Origin: Gammaproteobacteria bacterium
GTDB taxonomy: Bacteria > Pseudomonadota > Gammaproteobacteria > 21-64-14
Direction: 5' to 3'
Length of the DNA stretch: 64,000 nt
NCBI GenBank assembly: GCA_027013145.1
Contig: JALUXX010000011.1
Span: 192,556-256,555, forward strand
Positions 41,729 through 51,428 of this stretch are shown here, in pieces. The notes beneath the pieces are model-generated. The model searched no databases. It was not told the DNA's origin and saw only the letters and a program-made list of their open reading frames with translations. Position 1 is the stretch's first letter. The number at the start of each line of letters is the position of its first letter. A program made the translations under genes and the position numbers.

Positions 41729-42280
41729 TCAGGGGCGCTGCAGGGGGCCTTCCACCCGGGCGCGCGCCTCGGGCCCGGCGAGGTGTTCGATCAGCGCGAG
41801 CGCGAAGTCCATCGCGGTCCCGGGCCCGCGCGAGGTGATGAGCCGCCCGTCCACGACCACGGGGTCTTCGCGATAGTCGAGGCCGGGTATCGTCAGCCCG
41901 TCCAGGGCTCCGGGGAAGCTGGTCGCGCGGCGCCCGTCGAGCAGGCCGGCGGCGGCGAGCACGCGCGGGGCCGCGCAGATCGCGCCGATCGCGCGCCCGG
42001 CGCGCGCGGCACGCACGAGCAGCTCGCCGACGCGCGGGTCGGCCGCGAGGCGCTCGGCCCCGGGCCCGCCGCCCGGCAGCACGATCAGGTCGAAATCCTC
42101 CCCGGCCACCGCGTCGAGCGTGGTGTCCGGGACCAGGACCGTGCCGCGCGAGGCGGTCACGGGCCCGGGCGCGAGGCCGGCGCTCACGACCTCGATCCCG
42201 GCGCGGCGCAGGAGGTCGATCACCGTCACCGCTTCGATCTCTTCGCAGCCCTCCGCCAGGGGGACCAGGACGCGCGCCAT
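41729..42280 (-). CDS. DJ-1/PfpI family protein
   Basis: Class I glutamine amidotransferase-like fold with the AICAAP nucleophile-elbow Cys. Confidence 0.85.
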   Translation of the reverse strand: MARVLVPLAEGCEEIEAVTVIDLLRRAGIEVVSAGLAPGPVTASRGTVLVPDTTLDAVAGEDFDLIVLPGGGPGAERLAADPRVGELLVRAARAGRAIGAICAAPRVLAAAGLLDGRRATSFPGALDGLTIPGLDYREDPVVVDGRLITSRGPGTAMDFALALIEHLAGPEARARVEGPLQRP

Positions 42281-42342
42281 CTCGCCGCCTCCGACCGCCG
42301 TTCGCTCCCGGCCGTTACGCCACGCCGGCGCCGCCGCGGGTA

Positions 42343-43704
42343 TCAGCGCGCGGCCTCGCGGGTGACCGGGCGCCGGCCCAGGGTGAGCCCGCGCAGCACG
42401 TTCACCGCCTCGTAGAGCTGGAAGTCCTTCTGCGCGAGCGTGTCGAGTTCGCGCGCGTCGGCGCGCTCACGCTTCACCTGCGCGCGTTCCTTGGCGCCGT
42501 TGCGATCGCCGTTGCGGAAATGGTGCGGCAGATCGACCTCCTTGATCATCCCCAGGCCGGGGGACTGCGCCGCGGCGACCTTGAGCTGCGGGACGACGAT
42601 GTCGGGTTCGATCCCCTCGGCCTGGATCGAGCGCCCCGAGGGCGTGTAATACAGGGCCGTGGTGAGTTTGAGCGCGGCGCCGCCCGGCAGGGGCAGGATG
42701 GTCTGGACCGAGCCCTTGCCGAAGGTGCGCGTGCCCATGAGGATCGCGCGGTGATCGTCCTGCAGGGCGCCGGAGACGATCTCCGAGGCCGACGCCGAGC
42801 CGCCGTTGACCAGCACCACCATCGGTGCGCCGTGAAGCACATCGCCCGGGGTGGCGTCGAAGCTCATGCGCGAATCCGGGATGCGCCCCTTGGTGTAGAC
42901 GATCCGCCCCTTGTTGAGGAAGGCGTCGGCGACGCCGACCGCGGCGTTGAGCACGCCGCCCGGATTGTTGCGCAGATCGAGGACCAGCCCCGCGAGCGGG
43001 CCGCCGTTTTCCTTCTCGAGTGCGCGTACCGCGCGCAGCAAGCCGCGCGCGGTATGCGCCTGGAACTGAGTGATGCGCACGTAGCCGATGCCGTCCTCGA
43101 GCATCCGCGACTTGACGCTGCGCACGTGGATGACCGCGCGCTTCAGGGTGACGCGGATCGGCTTCTGCGCCCCGGCACGAACGATCGTGAGCGTGATCTT
43201 TGAGCCGGGCTTGCCGCGCATCCGGTTCACCGCCTGCGTCAGGGTCAGTCCCTTCACGGGGGTGTCGTCGAGGCGGATGATCAGGTCGCCGGGCTCGATG
43301 CCCGCGCGTTGCGCGGGCGTGTCGTCGATGGGCGCGATGACCTTGACGAAGCCGTCCTCCATGCCGACCTCGATGCCGAGACCGCCGAACTCGCCGCTGG
43401 TGCCGATCTGCAGTTCCCTGAACTGCTGACGGTCGAGGTAGGCCGAGTGGGGATCCAGACCCTGGACCATGCCGCGGATCGCGTCATCGAGCAGGGTGCG
43501 GTCCTTGACCGGTTCGACGTAGTCGGTCTTGATCTTCTGGAACACGCTCGCGAAGGTGCGCAGTTGCCGCAGCGGCAGCCCGCCGGAGTCCGCGGCGGAC
43601 GCCGCGGCGCCGCGTTCGGCGAAGACGTTGCGGTCCATGACCAGCCCCGCACCCAGGGCGACGCCCAGCAGCAGGATCAAAGTGGTTCGAATCGGTGGCT
43701 TCAT
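42343..43704 (-). CDS. ctpA: carboxy-terminal processing protease (S41)
   Basis: PDZ domain plus S41 catalytic GGSASASEI...TFGKG motifs, signal peptide. Confidence 0.9.
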   Translation of the reverse strand: MKPPIRTTLILLLGVALGAGLVMDRNVFAERGAAASAADSGGLPLRQLRTFASVFQKIKTDYVEPVKDRTLLDDAIRGMVQGLDPHSAYLDRQQFRELQIGTSGEFGGLGIEVGMEDGFVKVIAPIDDTPAQRAGIEPGDLIIRLDDTPVKGLTLTQAVNRMRGKPGSKITLTIVRAGAQKPIRVTLKRAVIHVRSVKSRMLEDGIGYVRITQFQAHTARGLLRAVRALEKENGGPLAGLVLDLRNNPGGVLNAAVGVADAFLNKGRIVYTKGRIPDSRMSFDATPGDVLHGAPMVVLVNGGSASASEIVSGALQDDHRAILMGTRTFGKGSVQTILPLPGGAALKLTTALYYTPSGRSIQAEGIEPDIVVPQLKVAAAQSPGLGMIKEVDLPHHFRNGDRNGAKERAQVKRERADARELDTLAQKDFQLYEAVNVLRGLTLGRRPVTREAAR

Positions 43705-43875
43705 AGGTCGTTCGCTCCCGGGGCGGCGGCAGGGTTCCGGGCCGCCGTCCCGCTGCCGTTGGGTGCGGTTCGGTACGCCCGCGGCTGGCTCCGGGGCGCG
43801 CCGCTTTAAGGTACTCCAAACCCATTGATGTTGGCTACAGAAAACGCCCGGGCGCCCCCGGATACCCGGGGCCGC

Positions 43876-45105
43876 TCAGCGTCTCGCACGCCCGCCACCG
43901 CGATGCCACCCGCACCAGCGCGCCGGGTTGACCGGATGCCCGTTGCGCCGGATCTCGAAATACAGGGCCGCGCGCGCCTCCCCGCCGCTGTCGCCGACGC
44001 TCGCCACCACCTCGCCCGGCTTCACCCACGCACCCGTCGCGACATAGAGCGCCTGATTGTGTCCGTAGAGGCTCATGTAGCCGTCGCCGTGGTCGACGAT
44101 CAGCAGCAGGCCGTAGCCGCGCAGCCAGTCGGCGAACACCACCCGGCCGTAGGCGATCGCGCGCACCGGCTGACCGGCCGGTGCGGCGATCTCCACGCCG
44201 CGCCAGCGCAGCGAGGAGTCCAGTCGCGGCGCCCCGAAGCGCGCGACGATGCGCCCCTGCGTCGGCCAGTCCAGACGGCCCTCGAGCCGCGCGAAGGGCC
44301 GGCGCGGTCCGGGGCCGCGGGGGATACCGGCAGCCGCCTCCTGCAGCTGCCGCAGCAGCGCCTTCAGACGCGCCTCGTCCCGGCGCAGCCGCTCGAGTTC
44401 CGCACCCTTGCCGTGGATCTGCGAATCCAGCCGCGCGAGGACCGCGCGCCGCTCGGCGCGCCGCCGTTCGAAATCCCGCGCCCGTGCCACGCGCTCGGTA
44501 CGCAGGGCCGTGAGCCCGGCGGTCTGGCGGTCGATCTCACGGCGCACCGCGGCCAGCGCCTGCATGCGCCGCTCCACCCCGCGGATCGCCGCGGTGCGGG
44601 CGCGGTTGAAATAGTCGAAATAGACCAGCGTGCGCGCCAGCGCCGCCGGATCCTCCTGGCTGAGGAGCAGCTTCAGGCGCGGCTGGCCCCCGAGGACGTA
44701 GGCGGCGCGCACCTGGCGGGCGAGTGCATGGCGTTCGGCGTCCAGTTGCGCCGCGAGCCGGCGGCGACGGGCCTCGAGTCGGGCCAGACGCGCGCGCTGC
44801 GCGGCCAGCCGCACATCAACGTCGCGGACGCGCGCGGCGGTTCGCGCGAGCCCGCGCTCGACGTCCCGCAGTTGCGCCTCGATGCGCGCGTGACGCCCGT
44901 GCAGCACCGTCAACTCGCGCGTGAGCGCCTCGATGCGCGCGCGCAGGCGTTCGAGCCGGACGGCCGGGGCGCTGGGCGCGTCGCCGGCGGGCGACGCGGC
45001 GGGGTAGCCCCCGAGGAGCAGGGAGATCGCGCAGGCCGCAGACGGGGCGAGGAGGCGCCGCGAGATGTACTTTAACACTCCGCGATGTTTTAATAGTCTG
45101 GTCAT
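43876..45105 (-). CDS. envC: murein hydrolase activator EnvC (M23 peptidase family, coiled-coil)
   Basis: Long coiled-coil N-terminal region then M23/LytM domain (DHGDGYMSLYGHN). Upstream of ctpA. AT-rich start codon region. Confidence 0.85.
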   Translation of the reverse strand: MTRLLKHRGVLKYISRRLLAPSAACAISLLLGGYPAASPAGDAPSAPAVRLERLRARIEALTRELTVLHGRHARIEAQLRDVERGLARTAARVRDVDVRLAAQRARLARLEARRRRLAAQLDAERHALARQVRAAYVLGGQPRLKLLLSQEDPAALARTLVYFDYFNRARTAAIRGVERRMQALAAVRREIDRQTAGLTALRTERVARARDFERRRAERRAVLARLDSQIHGKGAELERLRRDEARLKALLRQLQEAAAGIPRGPGPRRPFARLEGRLDWPTQGRIVARFGAPRLDSSLRWRGVEIAAPAGQPVRAIAYGRVVFADWLRGYGLLLIVDHGDGYMSLYGHNQALYVATGAWVKPGEVVASVGDSGGEARAALYFEIRRNGHPVNPARWCGWHRGGGRARR

Positions 45106-45156
45106 CACGCGCCGTTCGGGGCGGCCCGCCGGTGTGCCCCGGGAGGACGAGAACCG

Positions 45157-45510
45157 ATGTGCGCCACCAGCACCGCGCCCCCCGCCGCCGCGACCGCGCC
45201 CGGCGACGACCTGCTGATCACCCGCGACGACGACATCGAGCGCGCCTCGCGCTCCCTCAAGGCGATGTCCCACCCATTGCGCCTGAAGATCCTGTGCACG
45301 CTGGGTGCGCGCGAGATCAGTGTACAGGACATCGTCGACAACGTGGGGACCTCGCAGAGCAACATCTCCCAGCACCTCGCCATTCTGCGCGACAAAGGTA
45401 TCCTCGCCTCGCGCAAGGAATCCAACCGCGTCTACTATCGCGTCGGCGACGCACGGACGCTGCGGCTCATCGGTATGATGCGCGAGGTCTTCTGTTCGCG
45501 CGAGTCCTGA
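45157..45510 (+). CDS. ArsR/SmtB-family repressor, SqrR/BigR-like (candidate persulfide sensor)
   Basis: KAMSHPLRLKILCTLG HTH region resembling BigR. Two Cys (47 and 113) spaced 66 residues apart, as in SqrR C41/C107 and BigR C42/C108. Confidence 0.7.
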   Translation: MCATSTAPPAAATAPGDDLLITRDDDIERASRSLKAMSHPLRLKILCTLGAREISVQDIVDNVGTSQSNISQHLAILRDKGILASRKESNRVYYRVGDARTLRLIGMMREVFCSRES

Positions 45511-45599
45511 CGGCGGGTTCCGCCGCAGCCGGTTCCGGGTATAATGCGCCCCGCACCGTGGCCGCCGGCCACAGCCCGCGGCCGGTACGGTTGAATCCC

Positions 45600-46043
45600 A
45601 TGTCACGAATCCCCGAATTTGCGGCGCGCCACTGGCCCCTGTTCCTCGCCCTCGCCGCGATCCTCGCGCTGCTCGTGGGCAATGAATTGCAGCGGCGCCT
45701 GCGCGGGCTGCGCAAGGTCGGTCCGGCCGAGGCGGTGCGGCTCATGAACCAGCGTGGCGCGCTGGTGCTCGACGTGCGCACCGAGGGCGAGTTCAACGAG
45801 GGGCACATCCCCGCGGCCCGGCACCTTCCGCCGGCCGCGCTCGAGGCGCAGGTGCGCGCGCTCGAGAAGCACAAGGGCCGCCCGGTGGTGGTCTACTGCC
45901 GCAGCGGCGCGCGCTCCGCGCGCGTCGGCGGGATCCTGCGCCGGCATGGCTTCGAGGAGGTCTTCGATCTCGACGGCGGCCTGGGCGCCTGGGAGAACGC
46001 CAATCTTCCCGTCCACCGGGCGTCCTCCAGGAAGAAGAAGTAG
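45600..46043 (+). CDS. rhodanese-domain sulfurtransferase with N-terminal TM (YibN/GlpE-like)
   Basis: Rhodanese active-site loop CRSGARS. Position upstream of trx-secB-gpsA mirrors E. coli yibN-grxC-secB-gpsA. Confidence 0.85.
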   Translation: MSRIPEFAARHWPLFLALAAILALLVGNELQRRLRGLRKVGPAEAVRLMNQRGALVLDVRTEGEFNEGHIPAARHLPPAALEAQVRALEKHKGRPVVVYCRSGARSARVGGILRRHGFEEVFDLDGGLGAWENANLPVHRASSRKKK

Positions 46044-46174
46044 CCCGCGCGGCCGCGCACCCTTGTGCGGCCCGAGATCCGCCCCCAGATCCGTGCAGGG
46101 AGCGCGCCGCGGCGGCGGTCCGCGACGAACGACCGCCGCGGCGCCGCATGCACCGATCGCACGGAGAGAAGCGC

Positions 46175-46609
46175 ATGAGCCGGGATCTGCACCTCGTCTG
46201 CCCGCATTGTGACGCCGTCAACCGCATCGACCGCGAACGGCCGGCGTTGGAGGCCCGTTGTGGTAAGTGCCATCGGCCGCTGTTCGAGGGTCGCCCGGCG
46301 CCCCTCACCGGCGCCGGGCTCGAGCGCCACCTGCGGCGCGGCGACCTGCCGTTGCTGGTGGATTTCTGGGCGCAGTGGTGCGGACCGTGTAAGATGATGG
46401 CCCCGGTCTTCGAGGAGGCGGCCCGGCGGCTGGAGCCGCGGGTGCGCCTCGCGAAAATCGACACCGACCGGAACCAGGACGTCGCGCAACGCTACGGGAT
46501 CCGCGGCATCCCGACCCTGATCCTGTTCCGGGACGGGCGCGAGGCCGCGCGTACCAGCGGCGCGATGGACCTGACACGGCTGCTCCAGTGGGTGGAGCGG
46601 CATCTCTGA
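46175..46609 (+). CDS. trxC: thioredoxin 2 (zinc-finger N-terminal domain)
   Basis: CPHC...CGKC zinc finger followed by WCGPC active site. Start at MSRDLHL. Confidence 0.88.
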   Translation: MSRDLHLVCPHCDAVNRIDRERPALEARCGKCHRPLFEGRPAPLTGAGLERHLRRGDLPLLVDFWAQWCGPCKMMAPVFEEAARRLEPRVRLAKIDTDRNQDVAQRYGIRGIPTLILFRDGREAARTSGAMDLTRLLQWVERHL

Positions 46610-46637
46610 TCATCGCAAGCCTCCCGGACGATCCGAC

Positions 46638-47126
46638 ATGAACGACGAAATCGAAGCCGCGGGCGACGGCGCCGACGAGCCGCAGCTCGCTCTCCACCGC
46701 ATCTACCTGAAGGACGCGTCCTTCGAAACGCCCGCGGGCCCGCAGGCGTTCGACGGCGAGACCGCGCCCGAGATCAACATGCAGCTCGGCACCAACGTGC
46801 AACCGCTCGCCGCAGACGCCTATGAGGTGGTGCTGAGCATCACCGTCACCGCCACCGCCGGGGACAAGACCGTGTTCCTGGTGGAGGTGCAGCAGGCGGG
46901 CCTGTTCGGGATCCGCGGCTTCGGCGAGACGGATCTCGGACCGCTGCTCGGCAGCTACTGCCCGAACATGCTCTATGCCTTCGCCCGCGAGGCGGTCGCC
47001 GATCTGGTCGCCAAAGGGGGCTTCCCGCAACTGCTGCTGGCGCCCGTGAATTTCGACGCCCTCTACGCGCAGCACCTCCAGCAACAGGCGCAGGGCGAGA
47101 GCGCGCCGCCGCCGACCGCGCACTGA
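46638..47126 (+). CDS. secB: protein-export chaperone SecB
   Basis: SecB family, about 160 aa with acidic C-terminus. Position before gpsA. Confidence 0.9.
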   Translation: MNDEIEAAGDGADEPQLALHRIYLKDASFETPAGPQAFDGETAPEINMQLGTNVQPLAADAYEVVLSITVTATAGDKTVFLVEVQQAGLFGIRGFGETDLGPLLGSYCPNMLYAFAREAVADLVAKGGFPQLLLAPVNFDALYAQHLQQQAQGESAPPPTAH

Positions 47127-47159
47127 AGCCGGCTCCCGGCGCGCCCGCGGGCCCCGACC

Positions 47160-48182
47160 ATGCCCGAACCCCGCCGCAACGCCGAGACCGCCGCGATCCT
47201 GGGGGCGGGCGCGTGGGGCAGCGCGCTCGCGGTCTCGCTCGCGCGCGGCGGCGCCCCGGTGCGCCTGTGGGGGCGCGACGCCGCGCGCATGGAGGCCCTG
47301 CGCCGCACGCGACGCGACGAACGCGCCCTGCCCGGCGTGGAACTCCCGCCGCAGGTGGCCGTCACCTCCGACCTCGCCGCCGCCGTGGGCGACGCCGGCC
47401 TGATCGTCGTGGCCGTCCCCAGCCGCGCCTTCCGCGCCGTGCTCGAGGCGCTCGCCGCGGTCGTAGCGCCCGCGGTGCCCGTCGCCTGGGCCACCAAGGG
47501 ACTCGAACCGGACACCGGCCGGCTGCTGCACGAGGTCGCCGCGGAGGCGCTCGGGCCGCCGGGCCGCCCCCTGGGGGTCGTATCCGGGCCGACGTTCGCG
47601 TCCGAGATCGCCGCCGGGCTGCCGGCGGCGATCACCGTCGCGGCAACCGACCCCGACATCGCCGCCCGCATCGCCGGGCGGCTGCATTACGGGCCGCTGC
47701 GCGCCTACACCGCGACCGACGTCGTCGGCGTGGAACTGGGCGGGGCGGTGAAGAACGTGCTCGCCATCGCCGCCGGGATCGCCGACGGCCTCGGTTTCGG
47801 GGCCAACACGCGCACGGCGCTGATCACGCGCGGGCTCGCGGAGATGATCCGGCTGGGAACGGCGCTCGGCGGTCGCCGCGAGACCTTCATCGGACTGGCC
47901 GGTCTGGGCGACCTCGTGCTCACCTGCACCGACGACCAATCGCGCAATCGCCGCGCCGGGCTGGCCCTCGGGCGCGGCACACCGCTCGACGCCGCGCTGC
48001 GCGCCATCGGCCAGGCCGTCGAAGGGGTGCCGACCGCCCGCGAGGTGGTGCGCCGCGCACGCGCGGCGGGCATCGAGATGCCGATCACCGAGCAGGTATA
48101 CGCCGTCCTGTACGAGGGGTGCGCGCCGCGCACGGCGGTCCAGGCCCTGCTGGCGCGCGAACCGCGCCCCGAGGACGGCTGA
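47160..48182 (+). CDS. gpsA: NAD(P)H-dependent glycerol-3-phosphate dehydrogenase
   Basis: ILGAGAWGSALA Rossmann motif and GpsA catalytic-region similarity. Confidence 0.92.
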   Translation: MPEPRRNAETAAILGAGAWGSALAVSLARGGAPVRLWGRDAARMEALRRTRRDERALPGVELPPQVAVTSDLAAAVGDAGLIVVAVPSRAFRAVLEALAAVVAPAVPVAWATKGLEPDTGRLLHEVAAEALGPPGRPLGVVSGPTFASEIAAGLPAAITVAATDPDIAARIAGRLHYGPLRAYTATDVVGVELGGAVKNVLAIAAGIADGLGFGANTRTALITRGLAEMIRLGTALGGRRETFIGLAGLGDLVLTCTDDQSRNRRAGLALGRGTPLDAALRAIGQAVEGVPTAREVVRRARAAGIEMPITEQVYAVLYEGCAPRTAVQALLAREPRPEDG

Positions 48183-48204
48183 CGACGGTGACGGACCGCG
48201 CGGG

Positions 48205-48681
48205 TCAGGCCGGCGGCGGCGCGGCGCCGGCAAAGGCCACCTGGCGCCAGGCCTCGTAGACCACGACCGCCACGGCGTTCGAGAGGTTGAGGCTGCGGCT
48301 GCCCGGCACCATCGGCACCCGTAACACCCGCTCGGGCGGCAGGCGCGCCAGCACCTGCGCCGGCAGCCCGTCGGACTCCGGACCGAAGAGGAAGGCGTCG
48401 CCGGCGGCGAAGGCCGCGTCGGTATAGGCGCGGCGCCCGCGCGTGGACACCGCGAAGACCCGCGGCGGCGCGACCGCCGCGAGGAACGCGTCGAGATCCG
48501 CGTGCTCGCGCACGCGCGCGTACTCGCGGTAGTCGAGACCGGCGCGGCGCAGGCGCCGGTCCGAGAGTTCGAAGCCGAGGGGGCGGATCAGGTGCAGCCG
48601 GGCGCCGGTGTTGGCGCACAGGCGCATCACGTTGCCGGTGTTCGGCGGGATGCACGGCCGGTACAGGGCGACGTCGAACAT
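48205..48681 (-). CDS. trmL: tRNA (cytidine/uridine-2'-O)-methyltransferase TrmL (SpoU family)
   Basis: MFDVALYRPCIPPNTGNVMRLCANTG N-terminus, SPOUT knot motifs. Start at internal Met 48681. Confidence 0.85.
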   Translation of the reverse strand: MFDVALYRPCIPPNTGNVMRLCANTGARLHLIRPLGFELSDRRLRRAGLDYREYARVREHADLDAFLAAVAPPRVFAVSTRGRRAYTDAAFAAGDAFLFGPESDGLPAQVLARLPPERVLRVPMVPGSRSLNLSNAVAVVVYEAWRQVAFAGAAPPPA

Positions 48682-48782
48682 ACGCGCTCCGGCGGCGCCC
48701 CCGTCGATCGTCCCCGGCGATCGCCTGGACGCCGCGCCCGGGGGCGGGGACAATACCGCACACGCCGCCACAGGACACGCCG

Positions 48783-49763
48783 ATGGCGTCCACACCGAAC
48801 GACTCCACACCGTCGGATCCGCTCCGGCTGCGCTTCTGCGGCCTGGATTTCGCCACCCCGCTGGTGCTGCTCTCGGGGTGCGTGGGCTTCGGCGACGAGT
48901 ATACCCGCGTCGAAGGTTTCTCCCATGCGGAGGTCGGGGCGGTGTGCCTCAAGGGCACCACCGGGGAGGCGCGCCTCGGCAATGCGCCCCATCGCGTGTG
49001 CGAGACGCCGATGGGGATGCTCAACGCGATCGGGCTGCAGAATCCGGGCGTAGATCACGTCGTGCGCGAGATCCTGCCGCGGCTGGACCGCGGCGCCACG
49101 CGCTACATCGCCAACGTCTCCGGGTCGACGGTGGAGGAGTACGTGCGCGTGACCGCGCGCTTCGACGACTCGCCGATCGACGCGATCGAGATCAACATCT
49201 CCTGTCCCAACGTCAAGGAGGGCGGGGTGGCCTTCGGCAACGATCCCGACATGTCGGCGCGCGTCGTCGAGGCCTGCCGCGCGGTCACCTCCAAACCATT
49301 GATCACAAAACTTTCTCCGAACCAGACCGACATCGCCGCCAACGCCCGCCGCTGCCTCGAGGCGGGTACCGACGCCTTCAGCGTGATCAACACCCTCACC
49401 GGCATGGCCATCGATGTCGAACGCCGCGTGCCGGTGCTCGGCAACACCCAGGGCGGCCTCTCCGGTCCGGCCATCAAGCCCATCGCCCTGCTGAAGGTCC
49501 ATCAGGTATACCAAGTCTGTCAAAAACATGACGTTCCGATCATCGGCCAGGGCGGCGTCGCCACGGCCGAGGATGCCCTCGAGTTCCTGATCGCCGGGGC
49601 GACGGCCGTCGGCGTGGGCACCGCCCTGTTCTACGACCCCCTCGTATGCCGGCGCATCAACGCCGGGATCCGGGACTATCTGGACCGCCACGGGATTCCG
49701 CACGTCCTCGCGCTGCGCGGGTCGCTCGCCGCCGCGCACGAATCGCCCCCCTGCGGCGGCTGA
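48783..49763 (+). CDS. class 1 dihydroorotate dehydrogenase-like flavoprotein (PyrD-B/PreA-like catalytic subunit)
   Basis: FMN-binding TIM-barrel motifs (IEINISCPN, GQGGV..AEDALEF). Confidence 0.75.
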   Translation: MASTPNDSTPSDPLRLRFCGLDFATPLVLLSGCVGFGDEYTRVEGFSHAEVGAVCLKGTTGEARLGNAPHRVCETPMGMLNAIGLQNPGVDHVVREILPRLDRGATRYIANVSGSTVEEYVRVTARFDDSPIDAIEINISCPNVKEGGVAFGNDPDMSARVVEACRAVTSKPLITKLSPNQTDIAANARRCLEAGTDAFSVINTLTGMAIDVERRVPVLGNTQGGLSGPAIKPIALLKVHQVYQVCQKHDVPIIGQGGVATAEDALEFLIAGATAVGVGTALFYDPLVCRRINAGIRDYLDRHGIPHVLALRGSLAAAHESPPCGG

Positions 49764-49788
49764 CATCCCTCCCTGTTACACCGGGTCC

Positions 49789-49804
49789 GGGCACGGAACT
49801 TGCT
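49789..49804 (+). promoter_or_regulatory. candidate sigma54 (-24/-12) promoter for the MSHA operon
   Basis: gGGCACggaacTTGCt: GG and GC elements with canonical 10-nt spacing, about 130 nt upstream of mshI. Shares gaacttgcttg(g)ttcc with the VPLPA-CTERM promoter. Confidence 0.5.
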
Positions 49805-49932
49805 TGTTCCGGCTGACGGATTTCACTGCAGGGACCCCGGCCGGCGGCCGGCAGGATGCCGCCGCGGGACCGGTTCGGGAGGGACGACCGCTGTTTTCAC
49901 TCCTTAAAAAACAACCACTTGTCTCTGGCCAG

Positions 49933-50817
49933 GTGGGCGTGGACCTGGGGCCCGACGGCGTCGCCGTGGCGTGCGTGGAGCGCCCGCGAACGGGTCGCCC
50001 GCGCCTGAGATTCGCCGACTGGCGGCCGGCGGAGGACGAAGAACAGGCGCTGGCAGCCCTCGCGGCGGTGGAAAAGACCCGATCCCTGCGCGGGGCCGCC
50101 GCCGTCGGCGTCATGGATCCGACGTCCTACAGCCTCCTGCTCGTCGAGGCCCCGGACGTGGAGCCCGCCGAGCTGCGCGCGGCGTTGCGCTGGCGCATCA
50201 AGGACTTGATCGACTTTCACATCGACGACGCCGTCATCGACGTCTTCGACCTGCCCGGGGACGCGCCGCGCCGGCACACACGCATGATGTACGTGGTCGC
50301 GGCGCGGGCCGCGGCCGTGCGCGCGCGCGTGGACGCCCTCGACGCCACGCACCTCGAACTGGGGGCGATCGACATCCCGGAGCTGGCGTTGCGCAACGTC
50401 ACCGCCCTGCTCCCCGAGGACGTCGGCGGGGTCGCCCTGCTGCATGTGTGCGGCGGGCACGGGCTGGTGGTGATCACCCACCAGTCGAGCCTGTATCTGG
50501 CGCGCACCATCGACATCGACGTCGCGCCCGGCGACGCCGGAGAGCGCGCGGCGGAGACCCTGACGCTCGAGATCCAACGCTCCCTCGATTACTACGAGAG
50601 CCACTTCGGGCAGCCGCCGGTGCAGGCCGTCGTGGTCTCCCGGGACACGCCGGGCGCGGCGATCGAGGAGCACCTGCGCGGGACGCTGGCCGTCGCGGTG
50701 CGCACTTTCGATCCCGCAACGGCCCTCGACTGCGACCAGGCCCCGGCGCCGGAGCTGGCGGCCCGCTGCCTGACGGCCATCGGGGCCGCGTTGCGCCAGG
50801 AGCGCACCGCGCTATGA
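49933..50817 (+). CDS. mshI: MSHA biogenesis protein MshI (PilM-like actin-fold)
   Basis: PilM-like sugar-kinase/actin fold, first gene of the msh cluster. GTG start uncertain (49933 or 49939). Confidence 0.7.
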   Translation: MGVDLGPDGVAVACVERPRTGRPRLRFADWRPAEDEEQALAALAAVEKTRSLRGAAAVGVMDPTSYSLLLVEAPDVEPAELRAALRWRIKDLIDFHIDDAVIDVFDLPGDAPRRHTRMMYVVAARAAAVRARVDALDATHLELGAIDIPELALRNVTALLPEDVGGVALLHVCGGHGLVVITHQSSLYLARTIDIDVAPGDAGERAAETLTLEIQRSLDYYESHFGQPPVQAVVVSRDTPGAAIEEHLRGTLAVAVRTFDPATALDCDQAPAPELAARCLTAIGAALRQERTAL

Positions 50818-51428
50818 GCTACCAGCAGATCAATCTCTACCAGCCGATCTTCCGCAAGCAGCGCCGGATCTTCTCGACGGTCACGATGCTGCAGGCCGCC
50901 GCGCTGGTCTTCGCCGGGCTGCTGGCGATCTACGGCTACAGCCGTGCCCAGGTCGCCACTCTCGGGACCGAGGTCGGGCGCCTGCAGGCGCTCGAGCACC
51001 AGAAGACGCAGGAGCTGCTGGCGCTCAGCCGCCAGTTCCCGCCCCCGGTGAAGTCGCAGCGGCTCGCGGCCGAGGTCGCGCGCCTCGCGGCCGAGGTGCG
51101 CACCCGGCGCGCCGTGCTGAAGCTGCTTTCGAGCCGGAAGTTCGGCAATACGGCCGGCTTCTCCGCCCATCTTGCCGGCTTGGCACGTCGTGACCCGCCC
51201 GGCGTCTGGCTCACCGGGATCGACGTCGCCGCGGGCGGGACCGAACTCACCCTGGCCGGGAGCGCCCTGCGCCCGGCGCTCGTCCCGCGGCTCCTGGCGC
51301 GGCTGGCCGCGGAGCCGGCCTATCGCGGGCGCGCCTTCGACGTCTTCCGCCTCGCGCGGCCCAAGGGCGATCCGGGCTGGATCGACTTCACCGTGCGCAC
51401 CGCCGCCAGACGGGAGGCGGCGAAATGA
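50814..51428 (+). CDS. MSHA biogenesis protein, PilN-like bitopic membrane component (MshI C-terminal part / MshI2)
   Basis: MSYQQINLY, single TM helix, coiled coil. 4-nt overlap with the preceding gene. Confidence 0.7.
   Translation: MSYQQINLYQPIFRKQRRIFSTVTMLQAAALVFAGLLAIYGYSRAQVATLGTEVGRLQALEHQKTQELLALSRQFPPPVKSQRLAAEVARLAAEVRTRRAVLKLLSSRKFGNTAGFSAHLAGLARRDPPGVWLTGIDVAAGGTELTLAGSALRPALVPRLLARLAAEPAYRGRAFDVFRLARPKGDPGWIDFTVRTAARREAAK

Noticed and set aside
43705-43875. Possible small gene or terminator between envC and ctpA
   Set aside because: Only a short hairpin (ccccgg-atac-ccgggg) and no ORF with coding character. Most likely intra-operon spacer.
45061-45110. AT-rich stretch at the envC start as possible foreign DNA or sRNA
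   Set aside because: It is simply the low-GC 5' codons of envC (MTRLLKHRGVLKYIS) plus its RBS region, and is too short to indicate horizontal transfer.
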